A DNA stretch of 64,000 nt from Octopus sinensis (lineage: Eukaryota), in the NCBI RefSeq assembly GCF_006345805.1, contig NC_042998.1, forward strand, positions 68,014,001 through 68,078,000. The letters are read 5' to 3'. Shown piece after piece: positions 28,208 to 41,837 of this stretch. Under the pieces are notes generated by a model. The model ran no database searches and was not told the origin of the DNA. It saw nothing but the letters and a program-made list of their open reading frames with translations. The translations under genes and the position numbers were made by a program. Position 1 is the first letter of the stretch. The number at the start of each line of letters is the position of its first letter.

Positions 28208-29665
28208 TATATAATATATATACATATATGCACAAACAAACGCGTATGCACATATACACATGCACACACACACACACACACACACACACCACACACAACA
28301 CATATATATATATATAATATATATATATATATAAGAAAGGAATTGAAGGTGCAGTTTCTCACAACCATTGACTATTTTTATCTCGGAGTGCATCTTATGT
28401 AAATATAAGTGTAACTGTGTATATAAGCAAGTGTGCATGTGTGTGTGTGTGTGATTGCGCGCGCGCAACACATGTACGGGTGGGTGGACGGATGTCTTTT
28501 TTTCTTCTAAAATATTTATTGGAAATGTTTCTAGAATGGAGAAACTGGTTGCTAGTAAAGAAAGAAAAGCTTCATCACTTGAATTTGAATAACGACGATG
28601 GCTGTTACTTCAAGAGTGTGTTGCTTATTTTTATTGTTCCAGTTTCAGATTATATCTGTAAAATTTGTTAACCAGGCTTTTTCTCTGGTTGAAACTTCAT
28701 CCTCCACTTTTAACGCTTAGATTTTTAGAAACATAACCGAATACACCAATGATTATTGGAATGACAGAAATTTTATAATTATTCACTATATTCGTTGAGT
28801 AAAGGAGTTGCAGGTTTCGAAATAATTGTCCATAACCGCCTTTTTTGCTATTTTCAAAAGAGATTTGCTCATCTGCTGGACAACCAGCCTCTATGATTCA
28901 ACAAGCCTTTTGTCTTTATACCCGAAATAACTATATTATGACTATTATATCTGCACTTGATAGATATTTGAGTAAGAATATTTTTTTGAAGTCTGTTGTA
29001 TAATTCTTTGGTTACTTTACCCCTATTCGTAGTACCTTTGTATGATATATTTTTATCAGTCCTTAATTATTTGTAGCACTTATTTACTGGAACAAGAGAG
29101 ACCATTGACGTTAACATTTTCGGTTTGGGGAACAGTCTTTCCACGTCCACTTGTTTACATAGGAACTTTTATTTAACCTAACACCATGCATCTATCAACG
29201 AAAAATACTGCAGTTATTGCCACGAGATTTTCACCGTTGTAAATATTTTGGGTATGAATTTCTATGCAAAATATTTCCTTAACTTACCTGGTTACGGGGT
29301 TAACAGGGGCAGAAATCCTGAAATTTCATTCGCGAATATTAGTAGACTAAATCGTATAGAGTACTTGACACGTACTTTATTTTACGGGTACTTTGTTTTA
29401 AGGATACTTTATTTTATAGAACGGGAAAGTTGGCTTTATTTTATAGAACGGGAAAGTTGGCTTTATTTTATGAAAGGGAAAGTTGGCCGCGACAAGATTT
29501 GAGCTCGGAACCTCAAAAGTTGTAGCTAAATGTCAGAACGTATTCTTTCCGACACTGCAACAGTTCTGCCAATCCGCCGATTCTAATGATAAAATTTCTT
29601 GTTATATACATATACCCAAAGGCAGGAATTTTCAGCACCCTACCTCGTAGATATACAAATATATA

Positions 29666-29702
<37 letters not shown>

Positions 29703-30030
29703 GGGGGGGTATCAGTGTGTGTATGCATGAATTTATATATATATATATATGTATGTCCGTATGTATAAAAGGATGCAGAATGCTCAGGAATATAATGTTG
29801 GAAAATATGTGTGTAACAAATTATTCAAATACCCGACAGGTTTCGCTTATGTTAATCATGACTAAGTAGTTAGTGATAATGTTCAATGTTATGCTATAAT
29901 GATAAGTGTTTACATTCTATGTCAGTAAGAAGATATATACATGTACATATATAATATCGTATAAATTTGCTGCTTATATATATATATATAAAGATTTATA
30001 TTAAATATTTTGTTACATTTTATATTGTAG

Positions 30031-30242
30031 GTAGGTAAATGGGACAATAATGGTTTGAAAATGCATGATATCATCTGGCCAGGAAATTCCACATCCCCAC
30101 CAATTGGTAAACCCGACAGATTTTTCATGCGAGTTGTTACTCTTGAGGAAATACCGTATGTGCGCTACCAGGACATGGAGTCGGATAAATGTTCGAGCAA
30201 TGCTGTTCCTTGTAAAGTTCGAAAAGAAATTGAACAAAAGAA
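30031..30242 (+). CDS. Nmdar2: NMDA receptor GluN2-like subunit, exon B (ATD-S1 linker, loop 1)
   Basis: ttgtag acceptor and gtaagt donor. Encodes VGKWDNNGLKMHDIIWPGNSTSPPIGKPDRFFMRVVTLEEIPYVRYQDMESDKCSSNAVPCKVRKEIEQK plus AA. WPG, VTLEE.PY and CxxNxVPC are GluN2 hallmarks. Confidence 0.93.
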
Positions 30243-31146
30243 GTAAGTAAACATATATATTTTTTATTCTTTTATAGATTTCAGCTCTGAGACTGTGGCC
30301 ATGTTGAGGCACCGCCATCTTAATTGACCAATTCTATGGGATTGGCTTTTGGTGGAGGGGGAATTTGATACCGCTGCCCTCTTTTAAGTGTGACTTTGAA
30401 CAAGGTACTTTATCCACTTCAGGTTGGTCCAATACACTTACTAAACGTGATTAATTGCGCGCATAACTGACGTCCCGTCCGTGACGTTGAGTTGAGGTGC
30501 ACTGTACTCCCAGCCTAAACACCTTGAAAACTCCGGATTTATGGAACTTGTCGACAAAAATTAGTCTTAGGATAACATTGTTTAGTTATGATAAATATTT
30601 CTCATGATAATATCCCTGGGTAGAATTTATCTTAGGAGTTAGCAAAACCCTCACAGCCCCTTGCGGGTTTATGAGGATTGGAAAACAGGCAAGCAAATGA
30701 CCATGTTTAATCAGATGTAAATGGTCTAAAATATTTTAAACCTGTTCAAAACGAAGGCGAAGAAAGATTTATAAGAATGCAAATTCTACTTTGTTTTTTC
30801 ACTAATATTTAAAAATTTTTGAGATGGTGTTACATTTGCTCGCCTAAAGACCAGCGGGCTTAGCAACGGACTGAGTCCGTTAACAAACTGTGGCTTAGAT
30901 AACTAATAATTTTAGTCACATTATAATAGGTGTTAAGTATATCTCTTCGTCATTATAATGTCTTTTCTCTCAATTTGCTACCTCTCTCTACTGGTTAGTA
31001 TCATCTCTTTCCACTCCTTTGTTGTCTGACTGAGAGCCTGTATGTGCCGTCTATGGTTACTGCATCAGGCAAGAATAACCATCCAGAAGACAACGAGGCC
31101 GAATTCCTTCGAGAGTACAATAGTCGAACACGTGTTGTAATAATCT

Positions 31147-31358
31147 TTTCTACTTTAGGCACAAGGCCCGAAATTTTTTTGTGGTGGGGTAGTCGATTAG
31201 ATCGACTCCAGTACGCAACTGGTAATTAATTTATCGATCCCGAAAGGATGAAAGGCAAAATCGACCTCGGCAGAATTTGAACTCAGAACGTAAAGACAGA
31301 AGAAATACAACTAAGCGTTTCGCCCGGCGCGCTAACATTGCTGCCAGCTCGCCACCTT
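31147..31358 (-). mobile_element. SINE family B
   Basis: Reverse complement of head and body. Confidence 0.75.
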
Positions 31359-31949
31359 TATACGGGACATTATTGTAGACTGGAGATGCAATTAGATGTT
31401 CAAATGTAACATTGGCCATTCTTTTGAATACCAATACAGAAAGAGAAACCTTGCAAGGATTTCCTGACTATTTTTGGAGATAAATAATACCCACTGCTTT
31501 TCCACGTCTCACATATGTTGGTTCCACTTTTGAGAACTTAATTGGAACCATAGCTATTTCTGTATCTTGCAATGCGTAGAGACTTTGACCAGTTCTGTGC
31601 GACATTTAAAACTTTCAGTTAATTAGAAACGAACAGATTCCATCTGTCAGTTATCTCTTTGATAGGCAGTGTTTCTTCAATCAATTTCATCGGTACGTTA
31701 GCAGAATCTTTAGAAGCGCGAATAGAATGCTCCTCAGTGTTTCTTCCTTATCTGTGCGCTCTTGGCTCAAATCTCGCCTTTCATCCTTTCAGATTCAATA
31801 AATTCGTATCAAATCAGACTGATGGATGTGTGAAACTTGCTGAAGGTCCTACCAACATTTTATTGACTTCAGTATATTTTCTACAGTAATTTCACACTGC
31901 TGGTAAACATATCTCAATATGCAATAATTACAACACTTTACATTATTTA

Positions 31950-32021
31950 CATATGGCGTAATGGTTAACAGCGCGGGCTACTAACCCCAAAATTCCGAGT
32001 TCGATTCCAGGCAGAGACCTG

Positions 32022-32062
<41 letters not shown>

Positions 32063-32209
32063 GTAATAATAATAATAATATCGAAAAATACCTTAGGAAT
32101 GAGAACCCAGGTTCGAAATTTCCCCAAGACACCTGATGAGGACAAATATCCATCAAATGTAAATAATGTAAATAATGTACATAATTCCTCATCTCTTAAA
32201 TATAGAACT
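31950..32209 (+). mobile_element. tRNA-headed SINE 'H' (copy 2, ribozyme deleted)
   Basis: A-box TGGCGTAATGG, B-box GAGTTCGATTCC, (AAT)n and the same tail. 12-bp duplication AATTACAACACT at 31926-31937 and 32211-32222. Confidence 0.85.
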
Positions 32210-33277
32210 GAATTACAACACTCTTTTTAAACAGCTTTCCTTCATTTGAACACTGTAGATTCCAATCCTTCCAGATTCTGTTCACGAGTCACGGGGTCTA
32301 CACTGATGCATAAAAATGAATTGTAAAAACTGCTTACAAAGGATTCCTGTTTAGAACCAGAGAACTCTACATCCCTTAGCATTTGTCGCTTAATAATTTA
32401 AGGCAGCGAGTTGGCAGAGTCGTTAGAATCAGTAATTAAACGCTTAGTAGTTTTTTGTCCATTTTTATGTCCTGAGTTCAAATGTCACCGGAGCCGATAA
32501 AATAAGTAACAGTTAAACAATGAGATCGATGTAATCACCTTACTCCCTCGCCCGAAATTGATGGCCTTGTGTCAAAATTTGAAACCAATAATCTGAGACA
32601 ACGATTCTTCTACTTCACGAAAGCATTTAAAACTGCTTCTAAACAAAACCGCCCGACTGATCGTAAATAAACACATACCAGTACACTGCAAGCACTGATT
32701 TGCAGACACGCTCACTCTTTCTCTGCATCATTTAATACTACTATAAGGGCGGATTCTTCCTTCATCATTTTGTTCGCCGCTGGTTCTGAATTCATTTTAG
32801 ACGATGTGCAGTTGTTTCTTTCTCCCGGCATCTGTGCAGAACTCCCTTCCATACCCTACAATAAAGCCTGTATGCTTTTTGCAGGATCTGCACTAAATAG
32901 CTACCATAAAATTACATTCAATAGCTTGAAACCATTAAATATGATGGGCAATGTTATATTACATGGAAAAATGCGAACATGAAAAGTAATATTCTTCAGA
33001 TTATAAACCTGGAAAAGTACAGGACAAGATATTACACCTGTAAAAGTATAAGACAAGCTATTACTTCTAGTAAAGTAAAGAATAAGAAACTTTTTGCTTA
33101 AAATATTGCAGCAAAGAATGCCAGTTCTTCTAATTTATCACTCTTTACAGTTCTCATCTTTCAAATTTATTGAACAAAACTGTTCAGCTAATTAGTAAGT
33201 TTATCTAATTAGTCACTTTTTTTCTGTATTTAAGGTAGTAAATTAACCAACTTCTACTTAAATAAGTATAGTGCTAC

Positions 33278-33490
33278 AGTTCTATATTTAAGAGATGAGG
33301 AGTTATGTACTTTATTTACATTTGACGATATTTGTCCTTATCTTGTTTGTTGCTAACACAACGTTTCGTCGGGTGTCTTGGGCAAATTATTATTCCTAAG
33401 GTATTTTCCGATGTTATTTTTGTTCAGGTCACTTCCTCGGAATCTTGGGGTTAGTAGCTCTTAACCACTACGCCATATGCCCGTGGGCAG
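33278..33490 (-). mobile_element. tRNA-headed SINE 'H' (copy 3, internal deletions)
   Basis: Same head and tail as copies 1 and 2. Hammerhead stem II missing. Confidence 0.8.
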
Positions 33491-33540
33491 ATATGGAGTG
33501 AATTTTAGGATTTATAAAGCTAATATTTTCCAATCCTTCC

Positions 33541-33598
<58 letters not shown>

Positions 33599-34464
33599 GT
33601 GTCATTTTTAAACTATTATAAAATAAGTTTTAATATTCAAATTTTAATTTTAGCTGCAATATTTCAAGTAAAAACTTTCTTATTCTTTACTTTAAGTAAT
33701 AGCTTGCCCTATACTTTTTCAGGTGTAATAACTTGTCCTGTACTTTCCAGGTTTATAATCTTAAGAATATTACTTTTCATGCTCGCATTTTTCCATGTAA
33801 TCCATAATTTTTCCAGGCATTGTTGTTATAAGATAATTAATAATGTGTCAATTAATAAAATATTGAAAGATAATATTTCAATTTTTTCATGTAAGTGATG
33901 ACAATATTTCAATTTTCTTTCATGCAAATTTAAATATATGTCGTGACTGAATTATTTGATATTACCCATCCACACCAAATTAATGGCAGGGATTTTGACC
34001 ATGTTGGTTGCACCATAGCTCACCAAAAGTTACAAACAAGACCCCAATACCATCAGTTACCAAGCTTACCTTAAGTAACTTAATTTTGCAATATTAGGTC
34101 AGAGGAATTCATTCAACGAAAAAAATTTTCCACTCATTCCGGGATTGGAGGAACCCCGCCACTTTTTTTTTTCGGAATCAAAACAAGGAATTTGCAGCAT
34201 ATTAGGTCAGGTTACTTGATTCCACGCACAAAACCAATTTTTTTGTTTGTTTTATTTTCTCTCAGTGAAAATCGTGCGGGTCTTAATATAGAAATTTACC
34301 ATAATGTTATTGTTATTTAGCCTGAGATCAACCCTGATACTGCAAACCTATCATTAGGTTTGCCCTCATTTATAAGTTGTATATATATATACACACATAC
34401 ATACATCTATCTACATAACAGCCCGTTAACTATTCTACTTTACCTGTCTAAACTGTGGATGTGG

Positions 34465-34690
34465 GGGGTATGGTATCGACTATGTGTATTTCCTATTTAG
34501 TATTGGGGAAGTTTCATTTATGAGGACATACTCCCGTATTTGTCTGAGTGTTGTGTCCTTTGGGTGCTTGGATAAGATCCGGATGTCTAGCTGACCCAAT
34601 TTGATTTCATGTTGGTAGAGTATGGAGGACTGTATTTTGTCGTCATATTGTCTCAAATGTTCATTTAGTCATTCCACAATGGTCCAAGAT
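34465..34690 (-). mobile_element. PLE GIY-YIG endonuclease C-terminal fragment
   Basis: Minus strand reads LNEHLRQYDDKIQSSILYQHEIK...ILSKHPKDTTLRQIREYVLINETSPILNRK*, a typical PLE EN end (LRQ.E...I....P.LN.K). Confidence 0.55.
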
Positions 34691-34713
34691 GTTGCAAACC
34701 AAATCCGAAAACG

Positions 34714-34749
<36 letters not shown>

Positions 34750-35794
34750 CGGACTCTCCCACCGTTAGACGACGTATGAGGGTTTTACAATTTCTTACCG
34801 AACAGTCACACAGTTGATTTGAATAGCGGTCAAATGTTTGTTTACACATAAGCTCACTCCCTCGATCAAATCGATATTACCTGTACAACTGCAACGGGTG
34901 CCACATGTCAGATGACGAAATGATCGCACAGCAACGTGAAATGAAGTGCTTTGCTCAAGGACACAAAGCAACGCCTGGTCTGGGAATCGAACCCACGATA
35001 TCGCAATCGTAAGTGCAACACCTTAACCACTGAGTCATACACCTTCACCTCTCTCTCTCTCCCTCTCTCTCTCTCTATATATATATATACACGTAAGAAA
35101 GATCGTTTACTTAATGTAGTGTGGCTTTCTGTCAATTAGTGCTTTAAACTATCGACCGATGTATTATAGTCGCAAATAACTCATTAATCTCTTCCACAAC
35201 AACCATTTCACCGTTCTCAGATAACGCTTACACTTCCTATCAGTTCCTGAACTTCCTGCTATGTCCAACATCGACTGCAAACTGACGTTCTAAGACTTAT
35301 TTTATTATATGGCCATACTCTGATAAACACAAATGGCGATGGCAACGCATTAATAGAGTAGGACTCGGTTAAACTATATACTGTTTTATCAACGCCATCA
35401 TGCCATGAGAATATAATTATGTACTATCAATATCTTATATTACTAAGTTTTACGTCGCGAGAATTTCTGCCAGACGCCATTTTGATAATAGTCGTTATAA
35501 AATGCGTCGACTTCTAGTGGAAGAAACCACACTGTTTTGTTATATTTTTGCCATAATTTTAATTTGTACCTTATGGATTTTTTCATTTCCTCAGAATGTT
35601 TCCCTGCGCGACATTGCTCGATTTTTAACTTAAATTTTTTGGCACAAATCAACATGTCCTTCGTACGAGATACTAATGAATGTTTACGATGTTTATGCAG
35701 TTCCTGACCACGGAAATGAAGTGAACAGGATGAAGATAATAGTTGAAAGTAGAATCTCAGATTTCGATCGAGGGCAACTAAAACAAAATAAAAT

Positions 35795-35947
35795 TGTGTG
35801 AATTAAAAGCTTACTTCCAAACCACATGGCTCTGGGTTCAGTCCTAATGCATGGTACGTTGGGCAAATGTCTTCTACTATAGCCCCACCTGACCAGAGAC
35901 ATGTGAGTGCATATGGTAGATGATAACTAAAATAAGCCCGTCGCGTG

Positions 35948-36011
<64 letters not shown>

Positions 36012-36210
36012 AGTGTATGTGTGTATCTGTCCACTACAATCATTTGACAATCGGTGTTGGTTTGTTTACTTCCCCATAGCTTATCCGTTCGGCAAATGGA
36101 GCGATAGAATAAGTACCGGGCTTTAAAATAAGTACTGGCATTGATTTTATTTGACTAAAGTCTTCAAGGCGGTGCCCCAGCAAGGCCAGAGTCCAATGTT
36201 TAAAGCATGT
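35795..36210 (+). mobile_element. SINE family A, diverged
   Basis: Same motifs, with internal (TA)/(TG)n. Confidence 0.75.
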
Positions 36211-36814
36211 AAATAATAAACGATAATTGTATTCCTCCTAAGAAGAACAGAGAGTTCACCGATTGCCAACTACTACGGTGACTCTCGAAGATTTTACTAA
36301 TCTCTCCAGCCCTTTGAGTTCACTCTTTCCAATTGTGGTCTCACTTTGTAAAGTATGCGATTGATTCCATAGAAAAATATACTCTACTGCCTCCGTTTGT
36401 CTTTCTGGTCTCTCTCTCCTTTATATGGTTGTGTCTCATGTTGTTTTCTATTTCTCGAAGAGTTCTTCGCTGTCTTTCATCTCACCGTTTAAGTGATTTT
36501 AAATCTTTGCTCTGCATCTCATAAAAAGATTCCATTTTCTGGGATTTATATTTTGTATGTAATATTTCCGCCTGGGAGAATCTGGGGAAAAATATTAATG
36601 TAAGTAGCCTGCATCGTTGACATGAATTGGCTAAGTTTTACGCCATTGATGCACAGCCAATTATGCACACACACGCACACGCATGCACACACACACACAC
36701 ATTTACACATTTATACACAGGTGTTTATATATGGTTATATGTATTCATATATATATAGAGAGAGAGTGAGGGATGGACAGACAGACAGACAGACAGACAG
36801 ACAGATAGATGGAT

Positions 36815-36863
<49 letters not shown>

Positions 36864-36893
36864 CAGATAGACAGATAGATAGATAGACTGATT

Positions 36894-36991
<98 letters not shown>

Positions 36992-38394
36992 CAGATAAGA
37001 ATACACTAGTAAAATAAAAAAGATAGAATATAGAATCATTTTTTGTAAAATGAGCAAGACAAGCCAGTAAAATGTGTATTAAGCGTAAGATATATAGTGA
37101 GACAACACCAAAGATTATGTACAATTAAAATTAATATGTCGGTGGAATAAAAGAAGATCTCACATTTTGGGTTGTGCTCTTCATTAACGAGAAGTAAAAG
37201 GAATGTGATATATAAAAGAAAAAGAAATAGGAGCTGAACTGAATTTACCATTTATAACTTTATATAAAAATATGCTGTAAGAATTGGTTCATGGAAACTA
37301 AAATTTCCTGCGTTATTAATGTCCGAATGAGTTATCTCATATGGTAATGATTAAATCATTACCAGGTAGAGCAGTAAAATCGATATAATCGATTACAACA
37401 TATTGCAGACGGTATCCCAGCATGGCCGCAGATCGATGATTATATACAATAAGAGTAGAATAAAAGCAAGCCCATTGAAAGGACACGAACTGACCTTATT
37501 TGTGTCCAGTCTATGGTCATATTTAACCTCGGTCATATAAACTCTGTAAAAACATTAGTTTTGTACATTAGGAGTGTTGCTAAAGTAAAAGCGACAAAAC
37601 TATTACAGAACTAATAGCAATGTCTGCGAATACAAAGGAAAAACCACTTTAATGGAATTGGTCTATGATTATAACTGCCATCAACTGGAAATGGAATACG
37701 TACTGACCATTTGATGCAAGTATTTCAGCTAAACAATAACAACAACAATAACAATAACAAAAAGTACATATGAAAAAACACAATATGCCACTTTAAGTGA
37801 CATCTTCAACAGAAGTATAAGTAGAAATACAATTCCAGGAGAGAGAACGAAAGAAAAATCGAAGATTTTAAAAGCGGAAAGAAATAACTAAATTATATTG
37901 GTCTGCTCTTTTTCTTGTTTTTTGTTTTTTTTTTACTCCAGAAGTTTTGCTATTTGTAATGAGTGAACAAACAAGGGTCAGTCACTATCGATATTTCAAC
38001 ATATATTGATAAGACTGTCACATTATATTTGGCTTGGTTGAGCTTCATAAAAGATGTCTTTCTTGCAAACATTCTTGAACAACGGCCTAGATCATCTGAA
38101 CCGCCAACCTCATTCGCTTTTATATTCCAACAGAGTACGGACGACTAACATACAAGAATACGATAAAATAAAAATATATATATATAATACTTCAGTGACA
38201 CTCAGTAAACATAACATTTTAACGATAAATATCGTAGTGGACAGCTTCTGTTTAAAATATTTACAACACTTTCTTCAAGAAGGGGAAAAAAAATTATACA
38301 CACTCACATATATATGCATGCATGTATATATATATATATACGGACAAAGGTACGTACAAACATATACAAATGCATATCTATATATATATGTGTT

Positions 38395-38477
<83 letters not shown>

Positions 38478-39002
38478 AATATGTATATATATATTTATAA
38501 AAAGTGTATATATATACGCGCGCACACATATATCTATTATCTTTCACTTGCTTCTGTCCGTTGGCAACGGTCATGCTGGAGCACCGCCTTGAAAGAATTT
38601 TTAATCGAATGATTTGTCCCCAGTTCTTATTTTTTTACGCCTGGTAATAATTTTATCGGTCTCTTCTGCTGAACCACTAAGTTGTGGAGGTGTGAAGATG
38701 CCAACAATGGTTGTCAGGCATTGGGAGGGAAGCACTGGCACATACTCACGTAAACATACAGATACATACATGTTTATATATACCAAGTGCTTCTTTCAGT
38801 TATATATACAAGTGTATATATAATTTTGTGAGTAGATTTGGTAGACGGAAACTGAAAGAAGCACTTAGTATATATAAACATATATGTATCTGTATGTGTA
38901 TAACAATCAGGATTATGACGAAGTAGCATTTAGTATTTTAATTCACATTTATATATATGATATATAAATACAGCCTCAAATAGACCTGCATATGTTTTGA
39001 CT

Positions 39003-40910
39003 GCATCCGTTAGTAACCGTTACAATTGCATCTTTACTATAATACCGGTGCAATGTCTTCGGGGTCTTCACTGTAATATCCATTGAAATTTAAATGGTTA
39101 AAGTTTTATGTTGTACGCTAATTGAGACGCGAACTATTTTCAATTCCAAATATTGATTTGATAATCACTCGTTTATTGCTTTTAGTCAATAATTTCAAAA
39201 ACTTCCGCTGTTTAAATATTTATTACTCATTTATATTGACCAAAGGTAAATTTTCTCATATGCAAACATCTTAAAGGTTGTTCTTTTCTAGAATTTATCA
39301 TATTATACTCTCATGTATAAATTTGATAAAATCCTTCTATACACAGGTCATATTTACTAGTTCCCGGTCTGTAAGGCTTTGTAGTACTAATTAATTATCA
39401 GTTGATAGTTTAGTCTTTGTTTCTGTATTTAAAAGACCAGATTAACCTACTTAGACTTGTTTGGAATTATCCAGTTTTGTTTTTAAAATAAGTAAAGTCA
39501 CGCCAACGTAAAAGTATTCATTTCTCTCAGATGTAACTTTACTTCTATATATTACATTTTTAAGCAATAATAAATCTCTGAACGAGATGTAAGCAGTAAC
39601 TGCACGACAATGTGAGGTATACTAGCCATCTCAATATGGCTAACCACTAAGGGTGGGTGTTACTGTAGCTTGTAGCCCCAGGAGAACATCGTCTCCAGCT
39701 GGCTTTAGGCACACTCTCTGTGCTCTTATGGTATTTGCAAAGAGAGGTCATCCCTCCCTCGTCAACCTAAGTGATACGCACGGACTGCGGTTTCTAGGTA
39801 TTGACCTGTCGTCGGCGTACGACAATCACCGGTTTTCGATGAAGGGAGTCCCAATGCAAATCCTATAACGTTTTTCCAGTAACTTTTCGTCACTGATCTC
39901 GAAAAACTGCATGCAAGCAATAATAAATCTCTGAACGAGATGTTAACAGTAACTGGACGACAATGTGAGGTATACTAACCATCTCAATATGGCTAACCAC
40001 TAAGGGTGGGTGTTACATTTTTAGTTTTACATTTATTATTAACAAAACACTAGTCTTGGTTTGAACAATTACAAAGATAATCTTTTATATTTCTCTCAGA
40101 TTTGTATTAATTTGATTGTTAGTGGTAAAACGAAACTTGTTTTCACTGTGTTCTTTTTGCTATTTACTCTTTTACTATATTTGTTCTATTTCTAGCGGAA
40201 TTTTTATCTGAATCTCCGTTATTAATTAGATTAAATTGGGCTGTTTCCCTTGCCGTGACTGTTAAATTCTTAGCGTTTTCTTCTCTTCCAGTTTTTACAT
40301 ACAAAATTATCTCTGTAATTGTTCAAACCAGCACTCGTGTTAAGTTAATGATAAATGTAAAACTAAAACTGTAATATATATAGATGTAAAGTTACATCTG
40401 AGGGAAACGTATACTTTTACGTCGGTGTGACTTCACTCATTTTCAAAATAAGACTGGATAATCACTTCTAAGTAGGTTAATCTGGTCTTTTAAAGACAGG
40501 AAAAAAGATTATACTATCAACTGGTAATTGATTAGTACTGCAAAACCTTACAGGCCGGGAACTAGTAAATATGACCTATGTAAAGAAGAATTTTATCGAA
40601 GTTTTACACCAGAGTATAATATGATAACTTCTAAACAAGAACAAGCTTTACGATGTTTGCAGATGGGAAAATTTACCTTTGCTCAATATAAATGTGTTAT
40701 TAATGTTTAAACAGCGAATGTTTAGGAAATAATTGACTATAAGGAATAAACGAGTGGTTATCTAATCAATATTTGGAATTGAAAATAGTTCGCGTCTGAA
40801 TTAATGTACACCATAAAACATTAACCATTTAAATTTCAAGGGATATTTCAGTGAAGACCATGAAGACATTGCACCGGTATTATAGTAAAGGTACGGTTAC
40901 TAAGAGATGC
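39003..40910. mobile_element. Inverted pair of PLE-like 3' ends (fold-back)
   Basis: Arms 39003-39561 and about 40364-40910 are reverse complements. Right arm encodes AKPYRPGTSKYDLCKEE...RC..KF, resembling a PLE GIY-YIG C-terminus (KPY.PG...C.LC.EEK). Confidence 0.65.
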
Positions 40911-40989
40911 GTTTTCTGTCAATTGTATACAAGTGCTAACCTTTGCACCAAATATGCATCATAATATTGTTAGTTCGGTTAAAGTAAAG

Positions 40990-41590
40990 GGTTTAACCGA
41001 ATTAAAGAGCAAAAAATGTGTAATTGGTGTACAACGACTTGCTGTAAACGAATATGAAAAAAATTCGCACTCGCGAACGGGAAGTGTAGGAGAGGACTCG
41101 GAAAATTCACATCGTGAGTGTTCCGAGTAGTCTCACCACAGCCAAAAAATATAAATAAATAGTGTAATAGGTGTACAACAACATTTAGTAAACGAATACG
41201 AAAAAAAATGCGCGCTCGCGAACGGTGGGGTGAGGGAGAGGACTCGGAAAATTCACATCGTGAATGTTCCGAGTCGTCACACGACAGTCAAAACAAAAAA
41301 ACTGTAATGGGTGTACAACAACATGTAGTAAACGAATAGGAAAAAAAAATGCGCGCTCGCGAACGGGGTGGGGAGGACTCGGAAAATTCACATTGTCAGA
41401 CCTTGACCTATTACACTTTTTTTTGGCCATGGTGAGACGACTCGGAACATTTACGATGTGAATTTTCCGAGTACTTTCCCCCACCCCTGTTTGCGAGCGC
41501 GTATTTTTTTTTTTTCATATTCGTTTACAGCAAGATGTTGTACACATATTACACTATTTTTTTGCTCGGGTCAAAACCTTTAGTTAAACC
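40990..41590. repeat. About 140-bp tandem units plus one inverted unit (MITE or satellite-like)
   Basis: GGACTCGGAAAATTCACAT at 41094, 41240 and 41375; inverted unit at about 41422-41560. Confidence 0.85.
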
Positions 41591-41620
41591 GTTAGTTCAG
41601 CCCGTTGTGATTACGCAACT

Positions 41621-41837
41621 TAAGGAGGCGAGCTGGCAGAATCGTTAGCACGCTGGGCGAAATACTTAGCGATATTTCGCCCGTCGCAACATTCTGAGTT
41701 CAAACTCTGCCGAGATCGACTTCACCTTTCATCCTTTCGGGGTCGATTAAATAAGTACCAGTTACGCACTGAGGTTGATGTAATTGACTTAATTGCCTCT
41801 ACCAAGCTGCCCTTGGGGCAAAAAAATTGAAGTCATT
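41621..41837 (+). mobile_element. SINE family B with 11-bp TSD
   Basis: ATTACGCAACT at 41610-41620 and 41838-41848. Confidence 0.85.

Noticed and set aside
29405-29490. 27-bp tandem repeats as a CRISPR-like array
   Set aside because: No spacers; this is a slippage duplication within a SINE B fragment in eukaryotic DNA.
31953-32015. tRNA genes at SINE heads (also 10760, 46740, 63276)
   Set aside because: They have A/B boxes but no complete cloverleaf or terminator, and they continue into repeat bodies.
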